Below are positions 12,601-27,600 of a stretch of DNA of 64,000 nt, in pieces. The notes beneath the pieces were generated by a model. That model worked only from the letters and a program-made list of their open reading frames with translations. It did no database searches and was not told the DNA's origin. The position numbers were made by a program, and so were the translations under genes. This DNA comes from Mobula hypostoma. Taxonomy: Eukaryota. The stretch's first letter is position 1. Every line of letters begins with the position of its first letter. The stretch lies in contig NC_086097.1 in the NCBI RefSeq assembly GCF_963921235.1, forward strand, positions 175,896,001 through 175,960,000. The letters run 5' to 3'.

Positions 12601-15600
12601 GCTTTCCATCAGTGTCGAGCTAGCAACTCAGCTTTGTAAAAATAAGAAAGCCTGCTAAAAAAAATGCTGTCATGATGGCATCCCGATGACTCCACTCAGA
12701 GTTAAGGGCTTTCTTCTTCTTCAATAATGACACATCTGACTTTAGCTTCTCCTTTTCAAATTTCAGGGTGAATTTGATCATATTACGATCACTTTCCCCT
12801 AAGAGTTCTTTTACCAGTTCATTGCACAACATCCAATCCAGAATAGCTGATCCCCTAATGGGCATATTGAAATCCCCCACGACTATTGTAGCATTGTTCT
12901 TTTGCCACGCATTTTGTATCTCCTGTTGTAATTGGTAGACCACATCTGTTTGGGGGTGGGGGTCTGTATATAAATCCCATCAGGGTCTTTTTACCCTTGC
13001 AGTTCCTTAGCTCTATCCACAATTTCAACACTTTCTGACCCTATGTTATAAGGCTATTGCACATATCTTTTATGTTAACAATAAATGTCAAAAATTTATT
13101 TTGCCATGTCCTTACAACTGCACTGCACTTTCTCTGCAATTGCAACACTATATTCTGCATTTGGTTATTGTTTTTCCTTGTACCACCTCGATGCCCTTAT
13201 GCTTTGAAATGCTCCGAATTGATTTTTTGAAAAACTAACCTTTTCACTGCATTTGGTACACGTGACAATGGTAAACCAATACTAAACACTGGCTATCTCT
13301 CCACTACTCTTCCTTTCCAGATGAAGGGCCTAGACCCAAGTGTTAACTATCCATTTTCCCCATGAATGCTGCCCGCCCCACTGAGTTCCTTCAGCATTTT
13401 GTTTTTTTTGTAATAGAGTATTTGGTGGCAATATGTTATTATTGGTTTCTTATTGTCACATGTACCAAGATACACTGAAAAACCTGTCTTGCATACTGTT
13501 CATATACAGATTAAGTCATTATACAGTGTTGGAATAAGGCAAAACAATTATGCAGAATTAAGTTTAAAAGCTACTGAAAAAGTGCCGTGCAGGTAGACAA
13601 TAAAGTGCAAGATAATAACACGGTAGATTGTGAAGTCAATAGTCCATCTTGTATCATACACAAGAGGTTTCTTCAAGAGTCTGATAACAGTGGGATAGAA
13701 TCTCCCCTCCTTCTGGTGGAATATTGTTTCAGGCATCGAGGTATCTTCTGCCCAATTAGAGAAGGGAGAAGAGAAAATGTCCAGAGTGGATGGGGTCTTT
13801 GATTATGTTGGCTTCTTTAGCGAGGCAGCAAAAAGTGTAGACAGAAGGGAAGGTTGCTTTCAAGATGTGCTGAGCTATGTCCAGAACCCTAGTTTCTTTT
13901 GGTCACATGCAGAGTAGTTGCCACACCAAGTTACGTACGTCCAGGCAGAATGCTTTCTATGGTGCATCAATAAAAATTGGTTAAGAGTTGACAAATTCCT
14001 TTAGCTTCTGAAGGAAGTTGAGGCATTGGTAAGCTCCCTTGTCGCTTGTTCACTTCAACAGAGGAAAAGTTCTCGTTCAGTATGGCCTATGTGTGACTCC
14101 AGTACTGCAGACATGGCCAAGCTCTTACCTGCCCTACCCTACAGCTGCTGGGCAATCTGGGATGGACAGTAAATGCCTATTTTGCCACAATGCAAACAAC
14201 TTGTGAATGAGCTTAGATGGGAACCTTGGTCGGCATGGACCAGTTGGGCTGAAGGGCCTCTATCACTTAATGATTTAAGAGCCAAGGCATCAGGAATTAC
14301 TATTACTCAGTACTGCAGCATATGAATAGTCAGCGCTCACCAAATCAGAATCAGGTTCATTATCACTGTTGTAGGATTTGTGATTAAAATGTGAGAGAGA
14401 GTCATTTTACATGTTTAACAAAAGCCACAACTCTTATTTCCACTATAAACAAAACAAAGCAGTCACTTTACACAGATGTCATTAAGTCAGCCATCATCTC
14501 TTAAAGCAAACATAACTCATTGACTGTTTTTGTGAATTATGTAGAATAGTTATGTAAACTATTCTATTATGAACTACATGTCATTTGTCATCCATTACCT
14601 TACCCTGCACTGTCATACATTGTGCAATTTGTTCTTTGTGATAGCAGCGCAGTGTAAGACGCAAGAGAGTTACTCTGAGTAGAAATAACAAAATAAATAG
14701 TGCAAAGAGGAACAACAAGGAACATCTGAAAGCAAAGGTATCTGAAATATTAACCATCAGGCAGCAAAGTTCACTGGGTTAAACTTACGCAGCAGCAGCA
14801 GTAGCAGAGACAGGATGATCAGTGCCACAGCAGAACCTCCCAGCTCTACTTTTGATTGAATTAATCTATCAGAAGAACAATGGTCGATCGTGTAGCAATC
14901 AGTGACATGGACGTCAAGAGTAACCGTGTGTCCTTTGCTGTCAGCATCTTCGATCCACACCGGCACAGAAAATACTCCAGGCCATAAATGTTTTAATGGA
15001 ACCAACCGCATACTGGTCGCTTTAAACAGGAAGAAATAGTGCGAGTTAGTGGCTGGTTTCATTCCCTCCTGTCAGCACCTGCCAACGACTGACACAAGTG
15101 TTATGGGAGTGACCAGGGAATGTGGGTGTTCAGAGGAGCTGGGGGTGGGGACGGTGAATTTGGTGGGTGGGGAGAAACTGGAAGCAAGGTGATGTTGGTG
15201 GGGCCAATATGAAGATTGGGGGTGGAACCAGGAAAGAATTGGGTATAGGACAAGGATGGGAGTTGCTGGGTTGGGTCAGGAGGGGGAGACCAGAGGGAGA
15301 GCCTGGGGGCTGGGTCAGGGGAGAGCCCATAGTTGTCTGGGGTAGGTGGGGCCAGGGGAGGGTGCCTGGGGTAATTGGGGTTACAGAGGTGCCCAGGGTA
15401 GGTGGGGTGCCTAGGGTGGGCAGGGCTAGGAGTAGAGCAAAAACGCAGAGCAAGGGGTTCCAGGTGTCGTGGCCAGGAGGGGTCCGAGGGAGTTGTGAGA
15501 GGGGGATTGTTGGTGGTGAAGAGGTGGGTGTAATTTTACAGTGGGACTCTGGGAAGCTGTGGCTGAAGTGAAGGGAAGGACTGACATCTGGTCTGAACAA

Positions 15601-18600
15601 AAAAAAATTGACCAATTTTAGTCCTATTCTGGATGGATTCCAACAGGGGTATATTTTGAGTTCACCATCTTGACCAAACTAGTTTCCAGCCACTCCTGCC
15701 CACACCACAGCCTCTGGAGACTGTAAAGATCTGTGCTAACTGTGATGCCTTTGAGAGTGCCTGGGCAATGGACCCAAGGGCACCTGGATTTGGGGAGTGT
15801 GTCAGGTTTGGGTCAGATTATGGAATATTGACCAATATAGATCTATTTCCAGGGTGATGCAATGTACTCAGTATCACCACCAGTGACATACCTTCTTGAT
15901 CAACAACTTACAGAAGTGTCTTCTGCTCTGCTTTGTTGCAAATGCCACTGTCTTTGAGACTGGCCACTGAAAATGTTAGGCTCAGTCATGTTTGGACTGA
16001 CACTGGTTGGGGTGGGTTCTACAGCAGCAGATCACTGAAGCAAGAATTACAGCAGCCAATTTGCACTAGAGCAGCTCCCACAAAGAGCAAGATGGTAAAT
16101 CAGGTCAACTTTGGAATACACACAAAATGGTGGACGAACTCAGCATATCAGATTCATTCTGGTAAAGTCCAAGGTCTTACCATCTGTCTGGCCCAACTTC
16201 CACATTTGATTGGACTGTATGTTGAAATGGAAAGGTGCTCCAAACGGAGCGCCATCAGCATCGTTGGCAGTGACATTCAAATATTCTGCCTGGCTGCACA
16301 TGCAAGGTTGTGGGTTAGTAAATTTCGGCACATGATCGTTGATATCTTCCACGTTAATCACGATGGTTCCAGTGGTGGTGTCAGAAGAGCCTCCTGTAGC
16401 AGGTGGGGGGTGGGGGACAGAAGAGGAGGAGGAAGAAATTGTTCACAGAAAAATATCACAATATTCTCTGAAAAACATGTATGTTTAAATCCTCACTATA
16501 AAACTGAGAGGAGATCAAGTCCTAAACACAAAAGATTATGTGGACCATAAACAAGAGATTCTGCAGATACTGGAATTCCAGAGTAACACATACAAAATGT
16601 TGAAGGGTCTCGCCTGAAACATCTACTGTTTTTCCTTCTTCATACATGCGGCCTGTCCTGCTGAGTTCTTACAGCAGATTATGCAGACACTGGAAATCTT
16701 GAGTCCGAGATTCTAGGCTTAAAACTTTGACAGTTTATTCCTCTCTGAAGATGCTGCCTGACTTGCTGAGCTCCACCAGCATTTTGTGTGCATTGTGTCA
16801 TGTGTGACGCCCAGCAGAGCTACTGGACGGATGATGCTAATGAGAGATAAGAAAGACAATGGAGAAACATTCAAAATGCTAATAAGAGAGAAGAGAGGGA
16901 TTAACAGGAAAGAAACACAATTCAGATATTGACAAACCAGTTGCTTTGAACCTGAATTGTTTGAAGTTTGATGGACAGGTGATACCCAAGCAGGGGATAA
17001 AAGGAGCAGGTTTGCTAAGGCATGCGACACACCACGGGACCCTGGAAAGAGCAGTGTGCCCCCACAAGTTGGTGGGAGCTTGGAGGACCGGTTTGCGGGA
17101 ACCGACCAGAGGCTCACAGGGTGTAAAGGTATGATCGGTGGGAACCTGGGGTGTATGTCTGCCCTTGCCTGGGTGCCGGGTTCACCGCGGAAGAACGATC
17201 GTATCCGGAACGGAGGGGTCAGAGTTGGTGACCATAGCGAGATTAGAAGACATCAAAAGGTCTGCCCGAAACCAACTGCGAAGACATCAAAAGGTCTGCC
17301 TAAAACCAAATTGCATTTCTCTCTCTCCCCCCCCCAACGGTACAACAACAGCAATTACTGCGAACTGCACTAAACTGAACTGAACTCTGCTTCACTTAAG
17401 ACTGATCATTTTACCCCTAGACTGCGATAGAGCTTGATTGATTCCTATTACCCTAGTTCTGTGTACATGTGTGTATTATCATTGCTAACCTGTTGCATTT
17501 AGATCCTTACGATTAGTGTACTGTATTACTTATTTCTTTAAAAAAACTTTATTAGTTCCTAGTAATCCAGACTCCAATGAGCGTTCCATTTCTGCTGGTT
17601 TGGCAACCCAGTTACGGGATACGTAACAATTGCATGAGAACAAGCACAACTCTTAAGAAAATGCAAATGTGGCAATTTACAATGAAGATTTTATTTGTTT
17701 TAGGACACATCTGAGTGAATATTAAATTTACAACAGCACAGAAACAGGCTACTGTTTTAAAGCCATGCTGACCGATATTTCTATCTATGTCAGTCCCCAT
17801 TTGCCTATGTTTGTCCCAAACATTTCCTGTTCAAGTATCTGTCTTTTAAATGTATGGCCTTTCACCCGCTACTGTTCCTGTCTTAGCCACTTCCTCCGGT
17901 ATTTCATTTCATATCCGCCCCACCCTCTGTGCAAAGAAGTTGCCCCTCATATCCCTTTTAAATCTGTCGCCTCTCACCTTTATCCTCTCGCCTTTTACTT
18001 TTCCTGGAAAATAGGCCCCATCTATGCCCCTCATCACCTCTATACTCTCCACAAGATCACCACTCAATCTTCATGCTCCAAAGAATAAAATTGTAGCCTG
18101 TCCAGCCTCTCCCTATAACTCAGTTCCGCAAGTCCTGGCAGTGTTCTCATAAATCTTTGTTACACTCTTTTCAGCTTAATTACATCTTTCCAATAACAGG
18201 GTGACCAAAACTGAACACAATACTCAAGGTGGAAACTGTCCTTTCTTGTCCATGCATCTATCCAGATGCTTTTTAAATGTTAATGTACTTCCCTCAACTA
18301 CCTAAAAAGAGAGCGAAGGAAAATTCAAAGGAGATGAGTGGGCCAGAGAGCGGTGGGTGCCCGGAAAATGCACTGCCAGGGGTGATGGTGGAGAAAGCTA
18401 CGATAGAGGTGTTTAAGAGGCTCCTAGATAGTTATGTGAACATGTAGAGAATGGAAGGATATGGACACTGTGTGGGCAGAAGGGTTTAGTTAATTAGGTG
18501 TTCTTTGCTTAATTAGTTCAGTACAACATCATGGGCTGAGGGGTTCTTTCTATGCTGCACTATTCTATGTTGTGTTAACAAGTTACAGGGAAAATTACTG

Positions 18601-21600
18601 GGGTAATGGAATTGCTCTTGGGTAGAATGGCCTCCTGTATGGTAAGGAGATATGCAAGGCTGTTTCTTAAAGGTTCACATGGCAGTGATGACAAATATAT
18701 CCTTTCCAACAATCCACAGAAAAGATAATTTATTTCTGCTTACTGCAACTTGACAGAGTCGAGTTAACAAACAATCTGCTGGGGGAACTCTGTGGGTTGA
18801 GCAGTACCTGTGGGAGCAAATAAATCGTCGACATTTTGGGTCAAGACCCTGAATCAGATGTGAAATGTCAACAGTTCCTTTCCTCCCATACATGCTGAGT
18901 TCTTCCAGCAGATTGTCTGTTGCTCCATGGTTCAGTGTCTGCAGTCTCTTGTGTCTCCAGAGTTCTAGTTAATGTCATTCCATCTACTCACGCTCATTGC
19001 TGATAGCCAGAACTGTTGCAGTGTACTTCCCATCGATCACGTACTCAGACTCCCGGTCAATCACACCATCGATGGTAACCTTTCCGGTTTGTGAGTCAAT
19101 ACTTAACCAGTTAGCCATATCTCTGTCCTTTGCGTACCTGTTGGAAATCCAGAAATGCAAATTAGCACTGTGCTTTTAAAGAAAATTAGTGAAGGATTAA
19201 AACGGTAGAATAGCTTTACTTACTTTGTCATTTCAAGTGGTTGTCCTGTGTCAGCACTCACTGCTGGATAAATGCCAATGACCTTGATCGTCTTAGATTC
19301 CAAGCTTTCAGTGATCCTCGTCACCAGTTTGCTGGGCTTAAATACAATGCCTTCTGCAACATTTTTGACAATGACCTTTATGTTAATGGGCTGTGCTATG
19401 ACTTTATGTACTGTGTGGTGGTATGGTGCCTTGTTGGATAATCGTATAACTAAATGAATCTGCTCCATTTCTTCAAAGTCTAACTCCTGGGTGAGAGAAA
19501 AAAAAGTAAATCATTCCTAGGGCAAACAGAAGAAGCAGCCTGACTGCTGTTAACTGATTTCATTCTGATGATTTAAACTTCATTCACGGGCAGAGCTGAA
19601 AAATTTAAGACCAAAGGGATCCTATTCTGGTTGGCTGCCAGTGGTGTTCCACAGGGATCAGTGTTGGGGCCGCTTCTTTTTACATTGTACATCAACGATT
19701 TGGATTATGGAATAGATGGCTTTGTGGCTAAGTTTGCTGATGATACGAAGATAGGTGGAGGGGCCGGTAGTGCTGAGGAAACGGAGAGTCTGCAGAGAGA
19801 CTTGGATAGATTGGAAGAATGGGCAGAGAAGTGGCAAATGAAGTACAATGTTGGAAAGTGTATGGTTATGCACTTCGGCAGAAAAAATAAACGGGCAGAC
19901 TATTATTTAAATAGGGAAAGAATTCAAAGTTCTGAGATGCAATGGGACTTGCAAGTCCTCGTACAGGATACCCTTAAAGTTAACCTCCAGGTTGAGTCGG
20001 TAGTGAAGAAGGCGAATGCAATGTTGGCATTCATTTCTAGAGGAATAGAGTATAGGAGCAGGGATGTGATGTTGAGGCTCTATAAGGCGCTGGTGAGACC
20101 TCACTTGGGAGTACTGTGGGCAGTTTTGGTCTGCTTATTTAAGAAAGGATGTGCTGACGTTGGAGAGGGTACAGAGAAGATTCACTAGAATGATTCCGGG
20201 AATGAGAGGGTTAACATATGAGGAACGTTTGTCCGCTCTTGGACTGTATTCCTTGGAGTTTAGAAGAATGAGGGGAGACCTCATAGAAACATTTCGAATG
20301 TTAAAAGGCATGGACAGAGTGGATGTGGCAAAGTTGTTTCCCATGATGGGGGAGTCTAGTACGAGAAGGCATGACTTAAGGATTGAAGGGCGCCCATTCA
20401 GAACAGAAATGCGAAGAAATTTTTTTAGTCAGAGGGTGGTGAATCTATGGAATTTGTTGCCACGGGCAGCAGTGGAGGCCAAGTCATTGGGTGTATTTAA
20501 GGCTGAGATTGATAGGTATCTGAGTAGCCAGGGCATCAAAGGTTACGGTGAGAAGGCGGGGGAGTGGGACTAAATAGGAGAATGGATCAGCTCATGATAA
20601 AATGGCGGAGCAGACTCATGGGCCAAATGGCCTACTTCTGCTCCTTTGTCTTATGGTCTTATGGTCTAAGATGAGGAAGGATTTCTGAAATCAAGGATTG
20701 GACGAATAGTGGAATTTTCTCTAGAGGACAGTGGAGGCACAGTCATTGTTGTATTGAAGACAGAGATCAACAGATATCTGTATCTTTGAGGAAGCAACGG
20801 ATTGACCATGCTAATTGCTTCTCAAATGAATATGCAGCGGAGGGTGTGGTCTTTGAAAGACATTGGTAAAACAGATGTATTGTGATAATTGGTGTCAGTT
20901 TATAACTCCAGATTAATGCTGAACATAGAACAATACAGTACAGGAACAGGCCTTTCAACTCACAGTGGTGTGTGGAACTAGCTAACCTAATGATGCCGAA
21001 TTTAGTTAATCCTTTCTGTTTGCACATGGCCCATATCCCACCATTTGCTGCCTATTCATGTGTTGCTTAACACCACTATCGTAATCGCTTCGACCATTAC
21101 TCTCGGCAGTGCATTCCAGGCACCCTCCACTCTGTAAAAAAACTTGCCCGCCTATCTCCTTTGAATTTACCCCCTTCTCACCTTAAATAAATGCTTTCTG
21201 TTATTAGATACTTCCACCCTGGGAAGATAAATACCAGTTGTCTACTCCATCCATGCCTCTTATAATTTTGTAATCTATTAAATTATAACTATAATTATTA
21301 TGCTAACTTTGCCAAAATGTCACACATTACAAGGCATAACATTGTTGTTCTTGAGACAGTTGCAAAGTGATGTGATTTCAACACTGGTAATTTGGCCTGG
21401 CCACATTGACCCTGTATACTAGCAGAGGTTCCCAAATCTTTTTATATGCCATCGGCTAATACCACTAAGCAAGGGATCCATGGATCCCAAGTTGGGAACC
21501 CTGGTAGGATTCCAGAAGTTCCATGGTAAGATTCTGTATGGTTGGACCAGGGAGGCAGTTTGCCAGTCATAGTTTTAGAACAAAGGGTGGAACAGTTAGG

Positions 21601-24600
21601 AAGATAAGGAAAGGCTTTTATACTGAGAGATCATGAGACCTTAATATACAGTTGCGGAATTTAGCAATTCAGTCCCAGTCTGTCTGTTATTCAATCATCA
21701 CTGATGTTTTTTCTTTCTTTCTTTCTTTTTAAATCTTTTTATTGAGTAAGTATACAAAAAAGGTAAGCCATATAAACATTAATACAATGTTAAAGTATAA
21801 TAAAATTCCAAAAGATAACAATACCAAAAAGAAAATACTACAAACAATGTAATTTAAGCATAAGAAACCAAGATAACATAATAGTATACTAAATTTTATA
21901 TATATCAATGGAAAAAAAGAAAAAAAAAACAACCCCAAAAAAAAACCCACCGTGCAACTAACTAAAAGCAAAGCAAAGCAATGGGCTAACTTGAAACCAA
22001 ACATAGTTAAACTTAAAATCACGTCCTCAATCCCGACCTCCATTAAAACAGTGAAAAAAAAACAAGAAGGGTAAATATTACATTAAATGAAAATATCGAA
22101 TAAAAGGTCCCCAAATCTGTTCAAATTTAAATGAAGAATCATAAAGGTTACTTCTAATTTTCTCCAGATTCAAACATAAAATCGTCTGAGAAAACCAAAA
22201 AAAGGTAGTTGGAGCATTAAGCTCTGATGTTTTTTCAATCGCACTTTCTTGTCTGCTTCAAGCTTCAAGTTCTTGGGTGTCAAGCTCTCTGATGATCTAA
22301 CCTGGTCCCAACATATTGATGTAGTTATAAAGAAGGCAAGACAGCGGCTATACTTTATTAGGAGTTTGAAGTGATTTGGCATGTCAACAAATACACTCAA
22401 AAACTTCTATAGTTGTACCATGGAGAGCATTCTGACAGGCTGCATCACTGTCTGGTATGGAGGGACTACTGCACAGGACCGAAAGCTGCAGAAGGTTGTA
22501 AATCTAGTCAGCTCCATCTTGGGTACGAGCCTACAAAGTACCTAGGACATCTTCAGGGAGCAGTGTCTCAGAAAGGCAGTGTCCATTATCAAGGACATCC
22601 AGCACCCAGGGCATGCCCTTTTCTCACTGTTACCATCAGGTAGAAGATACAGAAGCCTGAAGGCACACACTCAGCGATTCAGCAACAGCTTCTTCCCCTC
22701 TGCCATCCGATTCCTAAATAGACATTGAAGCTTTGGACACTACCTCACTTTTTTTAATATACAGTATTTCTGTTTTTGCACATTTTTAAATAATCTATTC
22801 ATTATACATAATTGATTTACTTGTTTATTTATTGTTTTATTTTATTTATTATTATTTTTCTCTCTGCTGGATTATGTATTGCATTGAACTGCTGCTGCTA
22901 AGTTAACAAATTTCATGTCACATGCCAGTGATAATAAACCTGATTCTGATAATGCTCAACCCCTTCATCAATCGATTTCTGCATTAAAGATACCCGATTA
23001 CTTGGGCTCCACAACTGTATGTGGCAGCAAATTCCACAGATTTACCACAGTTTGGCTGAAGAAATTCCTCCACATCGCAGTTCTAAAGGGATATTCCTTT
23101 ATTTTTATTCTGAGGCTGTGCCCGTGGGCACAAGAATCTTCTACTAACGGAGATATCCTCTGCATGTCCATTTTATTCAGGCTTTTCAGAGGAAAGTAAA
23201 CTTTTGGAATTCTCTGTGATAGAGGGATGTGAAGGCCCTGCCAAATGCATTCAAAACGAGAATGTTTAAAGGATAAACCTACTCCATGATCAATCTAACA
23301 CGTCCTTCTCACAGAGCCCACAACCTTTCATTTTCCTTACAGCCATATGCCTAAGAGATTTGAAACATGTCACTGTATCAGCCTCCACCACCTCTCCCAG
23401 CAGTGTGTTCCAGTAACCCATGGCTCTGTGTAATGCTGGAGGAACCTGGCAGGTCGGGCAGCAATTATGGGGAGGAATGGGCAGTTGACATTTTAGGCTG
23501 AGACCCTTCATCAGGAGTCCTGATGTATGGTGTATTCTATAGTAACATACACGGTTTACTGTGGTATCTAGAACAGTACAGCATAGAAACAAGGCCTACT
23601 GTAGGCAACATAGTGCCATGCTAATTAAGCATCCAAGTAAACTAATATTTCTAATTAAGCTAATGGTGCTTAATTACAATAGAATTGTCCACACATGGTC
23701 CTAATCCCTTCCTTCTCTGTACATTCATGTGCCTGTGTAACCTGCCTCCACCACCACCCCTAGCAGCACAATACAGGTACCTACCAACTGTATATAAAGA
23801 ATAATTTTTCCTGCACATCCCCTTCATCTAATTCCACAGCTTAAACACCATCTAGCATTAGATATTTCCACCAGGGGAGAAAGATGCACATAAAGTTCAA
23901 AATATATGAGTTGCTTTGCAACCTTACCTTCTGGAGGTTCAAAATTCCCACATTGGTGCGATTATCCACTTCAATCTTGAAGTGTTCCTGTTCATTACCT
24001 TCAATGATGTCAAAATGTGCCAACCAGTTATCAGTGAACTCCAGATCCCTGTCCTGTACTTCCATGCGGAGGATCTCTGAAGCGAGCACATTTTCTTCCA
24101 CAGTTACCTCATACTGAAGCAGAGTATTTAATCAATTTCTTAGTCTAACAAGATCATCTTATTAGACAATGTAGGCTATTAACACAAGGGATCATGCTGT
24201 GTAGAAAATGGCTATCTTGTTTCCTACATACTTACACCCGTTTCCTATAAATCAGTACACCCACACAGCATGATCCCGGTTTACAGAACACCTGAATTTC
24301 AGAAATCTGACTACACAAATTTCGCCATAAATTTTTGAAGTATATTTCAAGATCGGAAAGTTGGTTACAGAAATGCAAACATCCTTGAGAGTTGTGGAAT
24401 AGCAGTAGCAGCAAATTAATTCAGAAGGTAGCAAATCTTCACATAAAAGCTATTCACTTGTAACTACCCCACAGTAATCAATTAGACACCATCAAAATTG
24501 CAGGCCACTGGTTCACAGCGGGAGGCTTTTTATGTGATGTAATTTGGAAACTGGTTAAGCCACCTCTTGCATTGGCATTTATATAATAATTTATCAAACA

Positions 24601-27600
24601 ATCCTTTGATACTTTAAAGCCATTGAGACTAGCCATTAGATGGGGGACATTCTGAATCTGTACTATTGTAACTACATGAGGAAAGCCGTAAATACACGTT
24701 CATGATAATCGACCCTCATTTAAATTGTTTGTATCTGACTTATGGAAAAATCGGCTGACTGAAAGCTGTCAGGAATGGAAACCCTATGTAACCTGGGAAC
24801 TGCCCGATTTTACTGGCTACGAGAAAGGGAAACGCGGTGAATGCAGAGGAGCCTTAAAATTCTGCTCTTCCGCACAGCACCATTGTAACGAGTGAATATT
24901 TGTGTTACTGTCACCCTCCTAGCAGTTTGAACCAGCTTGCCCATTCTCATTAGCACAGCTATGAACTCGAGACTGTTGTGTGTGAAAAACCCAAGAGATC
25001 AGCAGTTTCCAAGACATTCAAACCACTCTGTCTACCATCAACATTATTCCATGGTCAAAGTCACTTACATCACATTTTTTCCCCATTCTGATATTTGGTC
25101 TGAACAAAAACTAGAAGGTCTTAACCAGGTCTGCATGCTTTTATGCACTGAGCTGTTGCCATGTGATTGACTGATTAGATATTTGCATTAATGAAATGTA
25201 CAGGCGTTCCTAATAAAGTGGTGCATATTCTGCATTCTGTTTTCACTTTTTGTACTTCCTCAATGTATTTACATATGCATAGAATGAGATGAAGGATGAG
25301 AGGGGATCTGATTGAAACATATAAGATTATTAAGGGATTGGACACGCTAGAGGCAGGAAACATGTTCCTGATGTTGGGGGAGTCCAGAACCAGAGGCCAC
25401 AGTTTAAGAATAAGGGGTAGACAATTTAGAACGGAGTTGAGGAAAAACGTTTTCACACAGAGGGTCGTGGTTCTGTGGAATGCTCTGCCTCAGAAGGCAG
25501 TGGAGGCCAATTCTATGGATTCTTTCAAAAAAAAGTTCAGGTAGAGCTCCTAAAGATAGTGGAGTGAAGGGATATGGGGAGAAGGCAGGAAAAGGGTACT
25601 GATTGTGGATGATCAGCCATGATCACAGTGAATGGTGGTGCTGGCTCGAAGGGCTGAATGGCCTACTCCTGCACCTATTGTCTATTGAATGATATGTCTA
25701 AATGGCATGCAAACAAAAAGCTTTTCATTGTGTCTCAGACCATGTGACTATAATAACAAATTATCTACATCATGGGGAATGGTCTCTAGCCTTCATCCTT
25801 GGTCTGACATTTTCTGTCTGACAAATGTTTAGCATAGAGTAAGATCACTGAGCCTTGTACCTATGCATTGGAGCTGGAATTGGTTTATTATTGTCACACG
25901 TACTGGGATACAGCAAAAAGCTTGTCTTGCATACTGTTCACACAGATCAAATCATTACACAGTGCACAAGATAGAGGCATACAAGATCAGACACAAAGTA
26001 GATATTTACACACTTTTCCCAGGAAAGGGGAGTCTAAAACTAGAGAGTATAGATTTAAGGTGGGAGGAGGCAAAGAATCAAAGGGCAGTTGTGAGGCAAG
26101 TTCTTCACACAGTTGGTGGTGGGTATACGGAAAGAGCTGCCTGGAGAAGTGATAGAAGTGGGTACAATTACAATGGTTAAGAGACATTGGATGGGTACAG
26201 GATGTTGATGACACCGCATCTGGAGTATTATGTGCAGTTCTGGTCACCCAGCTATAGGAAAAATGCTACTAAGATGGAAATAGCGCAGTAAAGAATTACA
26301 AAGATGTTGACAGGGCTTGAGGGACGAACTTGTAGGGAGAGGTTGGACAGGCTACAACGTAATTCCTTGGACTGTAGGAGAGAGTAATCTTGTGGTGGGG
26401 TACAAAATCATGAGGGTCATCAATGGGGTGAATGTAGACAATCATTTCTCCCTCTCCCCCCCCACCAGTGTTAGGTAATCAAAGACTAGGGGGTTTGGTT
26501 TTAAGGATGGAGTGGAAAGATTTAATAGGAACCTGAAGGGCACTGCCTTTCAAACAGAGGCAGGGTTTATGTGGAATAAGCTGCCAGAGGACGTGGTTGA
26601 GCCAGGTATAATAGCAACCCTTTGAAGGCATTTAACCAGGTACAAGGATAGGAAAGCTTAAGAGGTGTATGGACCAAATGAAGGTAAATGGGACCAACTC
26701 AGGTAGGTAACTTGGTTGATATGGATGAGTTGGGCTGAAGGGTCTGGGTACCCTCCAAACTGAGCAAATTTCTTCCCCCCCCACCCCCACCTTTCTCTTT
26801 TCCCCACCCAGACCTTTAACTTCTCACTTGCCTATTACTTTCCCTTGGGCCCTCCTCCTTCCCTTTCTCCTGTTGTCCATTCTCCTCTCCCATCAGATTC
26901 TTTCTTCTCCAGCCCTGCCCTTTCCCACCCACTTGGCTTCATCTATCACCTTGCCCCTTTCCCCTTCCCCACATCTTTTTATTCAGGCATTTTCCCTCTT
27001 CTTTCTCAGTCCAGAAGAAGGTCTTGGCCCAAAAAGTCAAAGGTTTACTCTTTTCCATAGATGCTGCTTGACCTGCTGAGTTCCTCCAACATTTTGTGTG
27101 TGTTGTTCTAACATTATATTTTGCCTATATTTCTAAGGTTAAAATGATAACTCTATAAGTATTCTGTGTTACAATAACTGCCTCAATAAATTGGCCAACA
27201 TAGTTCACAACAGGGGGATGGGAACAAGTGCAGAGAGACAGAGGGGTGTAAAATGAGAGAAGAAGCAAAAAGTAGTAAGGTGAAAAGTAAAAGTGGCAGG
27301 CCGGCAAATCCAGGGCAAAAATCAAAAAGGGCCACTTTTCAACATAATTGTATAAGGGCTAAGAGTGTTGTAAAAGTGAGCCTGAAGGCTTTGTGTGTCA
27401 ATGCAAGGAGTGTTCGTAACAAGGTGGATGAACTAAAAGTGCAGATTGTTATTAATGAATATGATATAGTTGGGATCACAGAGACATGGCTCCAGGGTGA
27501 CCAAGGATGGGAGCTCAACATTCAGGGATATTCAATATTCAGGAGGGATAGACATGAAAGAAAAGGAGGTGGGGTAGCATTGCTGGTTAGAGAGGAGATT

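Noticed and set aside
15130..15615. Pro-rich (-) and Gly-rich (+) ORFs of 161 and 134 aa
   Set aside because: By-products of the G-rich low-complexity tract; no domain signal or splice support.
15933..16550. 205-aa + strand ORF
   Set aside because: Antisense shadow of desmoglein exon 11 with a TTG start; no independent evidence.
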